A stretch of DNA of 51,367 nt, taken from the NCBI GenBank assembly GCA_016865985.1, contig VGNO01000001.1, positions 1 through 51,367 of the forward strand. The letters run 5' to 3'. This DNA is from Chloroflexota bacterium. Lineage in GTDB: Bacteria; Chloroflexota; Anaerolineae; Anaerolineales; Villigracilaceae. Position numbers and translations under genes: made by a program. The notes below the pieces were generated by a model. The model saw only the letters and a program-made list of their open reading frames with translations. It was not told the origin of the DNA and did not search any database. Below are positions 47,645 to 51,367 of the stretch, piece by piece. The number at the start of each line of letters is the position of its first letter. Within the stretch, counting starts at the first letter, position 1.

Positions 47645-49621
47645 TTAGCGACTCCGCATAAGGAGCGGTAAGTATGCTTCATAGGTAGGAGTACTCGTAA
47701 CATTCACAGTGACGATATCAAAGTTGGAAGCGCCCCAGTTTTCGACGCGGATGGATTTCAGCCCGTCGGCGGAATAAAAGGGGTAGACGGCGGAGGTCGC
47801 GCCGCTTCCGTTGGTATTGGTTGTGATGACGGCGAGGTGTTCACTCCCGGCATAGAGGTTGAGGTCAATGGGCGCGGAGGAGCGGTATTCGATCCAGACT
47901 TTGTAGTAACCCGCAACGTCCGCGTCGAAGTGGTAGGCGCGCCAGGCATTGGGTGAGATTGTGGTTGCGCCCGCGTGAGGCGATTCCCAGTCGCCCCCGA
48001 TCAGGCTGAATTGCCCGCCGTCGCTGTGCATGGGCAGGACCGCGCCGTACGTGTTCGACCAGCCCTGCGCCTGCTGCGAGAGTTGGACGATGCCGTTGTA
48101 TTTGGGCGTGTTCAAATTGCGGATGGTTCGCACGTGGCCGAGGCCGTTTTCCCAGGTGGCGGCCAGGGTGAAGAACATGAAGAGATGTCCGCCGTGTTCT
48201 TCGTAGAAGCGCTGGCGATCCAACATGCGTTGCGTGACCCAGGGCGCGTCCCAATCGGGGTCGGTGTCGCTGTCGAAGTACATCGCGCCTTCGTAGTTGC
48301 AGAAGTGAATGCCGTAGGCCGAGGCGTATTTGGAATCGGTGATGACCGCGCTCTGCCAGTCGGCGTCTTCGGCGACGGGTTTTTTGTGATAATACAGCGC
48401 GCCGCCTCCGCACCACAAGTAGTAGTCGACCGGGTGCGGGTTGGCGTAGCCCCACTTGCTCGCGCCGTAATATTTTTGGATGAAGTCGAGTTGCTGGGAA
48501 GCAGTGGCCTGGCCGTTGTCCATCTGCCATGCCAGCACGGGACGGATGCGCGTCATCATTTGCGCGTCGCCGAAGGCGGCGCGGAACTGGTCGCTGATCT
48601 CGACGATGCGCTTGCCGACGCGCCGCCATGCCCAATACCACTCGTTGGTCTCGCCGTCGAAGTTGAGCGGCGAACCGCCCGCGTTGACCTCGGCCACGGC
48701 GCGCTCGTGATTGAACTGCGCCTGGTCGAATATCCCGTTCCAGACTTCGTTGCTGTATTCGATGTAGAGTTTGCGTTCGGCTTCGAGCGGGGCGAAGCCG
48801 TTGCCGCCGTTTTTGATGAGATTGATTAGGCTTGCCACGTAGGCGTCGCTGGCTTCGGCGGGGATGTTGATCCAGCCGTCCTTGTCCGTGACGTTGAGCA
48901 GGTCAATCGCGTATTCCCAGGCGATGCCCTTGCCCTGCCAGCCGTAGCCGGGCGGGTAACTTTGCTGCGTGGCGGCGTCGGGCTGGGTGCGCTCCGACCA
49001 GTTCACGTCGTGATTCCAGTTCGTCGCGGTGAAGTCCATCAGGCGGATGACCTTGACGGGCGCGAGCGCGGCCAGGAAGGCATGGTTCCACGTCTCGCCG
49101 AAGTTGTGGCCGGGCATCATCAACTGGACGTTCTTCACGCCGCCGCTCGCGCCGGTGAAGGTGAGGTACAGCGCGTTCGAGCCGTCGAGCAAAACGTCGG
49201 CGGTGGTGGTGTTCGTCCCGGCGTCGTATTGGATGTTCGCGATGGCCGCGCCGATGGCGGTGATGGACGCGGCGCTGCCGGTGAATTTCAGGCGATACGT
49301 CTCCACCGGGCGCGTGATTCCATGCCAGACGAGGAAGCGGCAATCGGCCAGCGGCCAGCCTTTGGCGTCCTTCGCCACCGCGGTGACGCCGTCGGGCGCG
49401 GTCACTTCGCGGAAGGTCTTCATCACGTCGGCGAACATTTCCGCCGGGTCGTAATCCATGGCGCCGACGCCGGCGTTCAAGCCGAAGCGGGAGAGTTCAA
49501 CTGGCTGGCTCTCCATGGGCGAAGGGGCGCTGGAAGCAAGCGTTTGCGGGGAAGTCGCACACGAGAAGGTCACAAACAAAAGAATCAATGACGCTGAAAA
49601 CAAAGCAAAATGCTGCTTCAT
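47645..49621 (-). CDS. Secreted protein, probable clan-A-like glycoside hydrolase with C-terminal carbohydrate-binding-like domain
   Basis: AAGGAGAA RBS, signal peptide with FSC, and YIEYSNEVWN (NE acid/base-type motif). The C-terminal beta-rich region resembles a CBM. The function call is weak. Confidence 0.6.
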   Translation of the reverse strand: MKQHFALFSASLILLFVTFSCATSPQTLASSAPSPMESQPVELSRFGLNAGVGAMDYDPAEMFADVMKTFREVTAPDGVTAVAKDAKGWPLADCRFLVWHGITRPVETYRLKFTGSAASITAIGAAIANIQYDAGTNTTTADVLLDGSNALYLTFTGASGGVKNVQLMMPGHNFGETWNHAFLAALAPVKVIRLMDFTATNWNHDVNWSERTQPDAATQQSYPPGYGWQGKGIAWEYAIDLLNVTDKDGWINIPAEASDAYVASLINLIKNGGNGFAPLEAERKLYIEYSNEVWNGIFDQAQFNHERAVAEVNAGGSPLNFDGETNEWYWAWRRVGKRIVEISDQFRAAFGDAQMMTRIRPVLAWQMDNGQATASQQLDFIQKYYGASKWGYANPHPVDYYLWCGGGALYYHKKPVAEDADWQSAVITDSKYASAYGIHFCNYEGAMYFDSDTDPDWDAPWVTQRMLDRQRFYEEHGGHLFMFFTLAATWENGLGHVRTIRNLNTPKYNGIVQLSQQAQGWSNTYGAVLPMHSDGGQFSLIGGDWESPHAGATTISPNAWRAYHFDADVAGYYKVWIEYRSSAPIDLNLYAGSEHLAVITTNTNGSGATSAVYPFYSADGLKSIRVENWGASNFDIVTVNVTSTPTYEAYLPLLMRSR

Positions 49622-49697
49622 GGTTTTCTCCTTGTTGAGTGTAGTATGGAGATGGTAGGCTCGTCCATTTCCTTACAGAGTTGGGCGGGCTTAATTG

Positions 49698-50915
49698 CTA
49701 TCGCGATACGTATGGCAGATAAACCTTGATAGCAGAGGGAAAGGCAGAAAATTCAAGAAATGCCGCCACACAGAATCCTGCTACGTTTGGATATTTTTCG
49801 CTGTTCGGGTCGAGTGTGTCGCGAACGCCGCCATCCTGATCATCGAAAGTATTGGCGATGAGCCAGTCTAATGGCTGCGTCGGAAGCGATTCCCCCAGCG
49901 CAACAGCCGCCATGGCGTAGATGGCTGCGCTCAAACTGAAACGCGGGTCGCCGGGATAACATACGAGGCTGCCGTCTGTTTGAACACAGGAAGTCAACCA
50001 CTCGAACGCCGCGTGATTGCTTTGATTGTCTCCGAACACCCAGGGGAGGTATCCTTGTGGAAAGATACCATCGAAACCATCAAGCTCGGATTCAAAACTG
50101 CCATCTTCGTAGATGCCAATGGCATATCTTTCCTGTGATGTGTCGAAAAATATGACCGGTGTTTGGCTATGCAAATGAATGGCGACATCACGGTAGAGTG
50201 CGTCGTTGTAAAGTAACCAACCTGCTTGCATTCCAAGATACACGTCACTCTGGTCGGCGGCATAGCGGAACGGCCACAAATGCCACTCGCCGTCGCTGGC
50301 CCATTTTTGCCACGAACTGTAAAAGAAACCATCCGCGCTCTGATTATGGGTGAGAACAAAATCCAACGCGGCGCGGGCGTTGTCTTCATATTCCAACGCC
50401 AGCGCATTCGAGCCGCTCAACGTGGAGTGCAGATAGAGCAAATAGACAAACAGCGCGCTGGTGGCGTCCACGCCGCGCACGTCAAGGATGGCGGGGTCGT
50501 CGGGCGAGGTGGGAATGGGGGCATAGGGCGGCGTGGACGAATAGGCGTAGAACCAACTACCGCGCCACTGCGCGTCGGACATTTCTTCGCGGGCGGCCAG
50601 CCAGCGGATGCCGTTTTCCAAGCCGGACAGGTAACGTGAGTCGCCGCTTTGCCGATAGGCGGCGGCCAGACCCATCAGGGCGTATTCCATGTTGGAATCC
50701 ATGTTCACGCTTTCGCCGTTGGGAACATCGGGAATCGCGCCGTCGGCGTTTTGCTGGTTGAGGAGGTAGTCGGCGATGAGCAAGGCATAGACGCTATATC
50801 TGCTGTTCGGAGACGTGGCAGACACGGGCTGCGTACCATTACAACCAGCCGTCAAAATGACCGTTACAAAGCAGGAGAGAAGGATGGCGAGGAGTTTTTT
50901 GACGTTTTCGTTCAT
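49698..50915 (-). CDS. Lipoprotein, possibly (alpha/alpha)-toroid (prenyltransferase/GH-like) fold
   Basis: Lipobox LTAGC and repeated aromatic-rich helical segments (e.g. DYLLNQQNADGAIPD). Lies upstream of, and is probably co-transcribed with, the hydrolase gene. Confidence 0.6.
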   Translation of the reverse strand: MNENVKKLLAILLSCFVTVILTAGCNGTQPVSATSPNSRYSVYALLIADYLLNQQNADGAIPDVPNGESVNMDSNMEYALMGLAAAYRQSGDSRYLSGLENGIRWLAAREEMSDAQWRGSWFYAYSSTPPYAPIPTSPDDPAILDVRGVDATSALFVYLLYLHSTLSGSNALALEYEDNARAALDFVLTHNQSADGFFYSSWQKWASDGEWHLWPFRYAADQSDVYLGMQAGWLLYNDALYRDVAIHLHSQTPVIFFDTSQERYAIGIYEDGSFESELDGFDGIFPQGYLPWVFGDNQSNHAAFEWLTSCVQTDGSLVCYPGDPRFSLSAAIYAMAAVALGESLPTQPLDWLIANTFDDQDGGVRDTLDPNSEKYPNVAGFCVAAFLEFSAFPSAIKVYLPYVSR

Positions 50916-50938
50916 GCTGAAAAATTTGATAGACGATG

Positions 50939-51018
50939 CTGCCGCCCAACGGTCGGGTTCAGGCGCGTTGCGGAGCGCAGCGGAGCAACGTCGGTTGCAA
51001 CCCCTTGTTGGGCGGCAG
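50939..51018. repeat. 80-nt nested inverted-repeat element (REP-related?) upstream of the lipoprotein gene
   Basis: CTGCCGCCCAAC (50939-50950) pairs perfectly with GTTGGGCGGCAG (51007-51018). Inner hairpin CGTTGC-13 nt-GCAACG (50966-50990) and palindrome GGTTGCAACC (50993-51002). Confidence 0.55.
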
Positions 51019-51079
51019 TTTGCCGCACGGTGACATATTCTACTTGTCCAAGTCCGTTAATGAGAATAACCCTTCAACA

Positions 51080-51223
51080 TTACATCACCACAAATATCAA
51101 TAGGGCAAAAATCGGCAACACGCTGATGAGAAATACCAGCAGCGATTTTAACAGCGTAATACGATACAACTGAGCCAGTGCAACAACTGTAACACTCAAT
51201 GACCACAGGATAGGAGCAAACAT
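51080..51223 (-). CDS. Possible 47-aa two-helix membrane peptide (absent from the ORF track)
   Basis: Hand translation of the minus strand gives MFAPILWSLSVTVVALAQLYRITLLKSLLVFLISVLPIFALLIFVVM-stop. It competes with the listed Cys-rich ORF 51057..51329. Confidence 0.3.
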   Translation of the reverse strand: MFAPILWSLSVTVVALAQLYRITLLKSLLVFLISVLPIFALLIFVVM

Positions 51224-51367
51224 GACAACCGCCGCATAAATTCTGAACCCTGGATTCTCTACCGGACAAAAAGCGCATAGAAGTTGATGAAATGGTGGCT
51301 GACATCTGGTAAGCTTCAGCTCCTACCACAGAGCCAGGAGCGAACCATGAATGACAACCACCGACGC

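Noticed and set aside
47478-51018. Recurring TTGGGCGG octamer in intergenic DNA around the hydrolase operon (near 47478, 47622, 49681, 50941 reverse, 51008)
   Set aside because: A GC-rich 8-mer is expected several times in GC-rich DNA, and I could not scan coding regions exhaustively for a background rate. Two of the hits are simply the arms of the 50939-51018 element.
51057-51329. Listed 90-aa Cys-rich ORF
   Set aside because: It has an odd composition, no signal peptide or motif, and no RBS seen. An alternative frame on the same strand gives a more protein-like hydrophobic peptide. It is left unannotated apart from the low-confidence small ORF.

Overview
High-GC bacterial chromosomal window (spot counts on single 60-nt lines give about 68% G+C in housekeeping genes). 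It holds about 57 plausible protein-coding genes and no rRNA, tRNA or CRISPR array that I could recognise. Gene content (SpoVS, many lipobox lipoproteins with Pro/Thr linkers, a triple lamin-tail-domain protein, a WD40-FGE fusion) suggests a Chloroflexota-like organism; this is inference only. Housekeeping genes: gyrB, plsY, surE, gmk, tmk, pdxS/pdxT, two deoxynucleoside-kinase paralogs, an SDR, DsbA-like and M23 peptidase genes, and a GAF histidine kinase. Main observations: (1) a 495-bp non-coding gap (11.6-12.1 kb) with four perfect DnaA boxes, two 8/9 boxes and an AT-rich tract, so a candidate oriC that is not next to dnaA. (2) A HepT/MNT toxin-antitoxin cassette sits in the 3' end of gyrB, flanked by an 81-nt duplicate of the gyrB terminus that differs at 8 positions, none of which changes the encoded sequence. 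(3) A low-GC island of about 3.5 kb (24.56-28.05 kb) carries an SfiI-like restriction enzyme, a beta-class SPPY methyltransferase and two genes I cannot assign (a 221-aa soluble protein and a 231-aa polytopic membrane protein); this is the best candidate for an uncharacterised defence module. (4) A RAYT (IS200-like Y1 transposase) is flanked by REP-like hairpins, with further copies elsewhere in the window. (5) There are also a BrnT/BrnA pair, a nucleotidyltransferase two-gene module, a translationally coupled WD40-FGE/membrane/Cys-rich HExxH lipoprotein operon, and a GntR-led 8-gene envelope/ABC locus. Many long ORFs in the track are antisense shadow ORFs typical of high-GC DNA and were rejected. 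All start sites and motif coordinates were read by eye; family names come from remembered motifs, not database searches.
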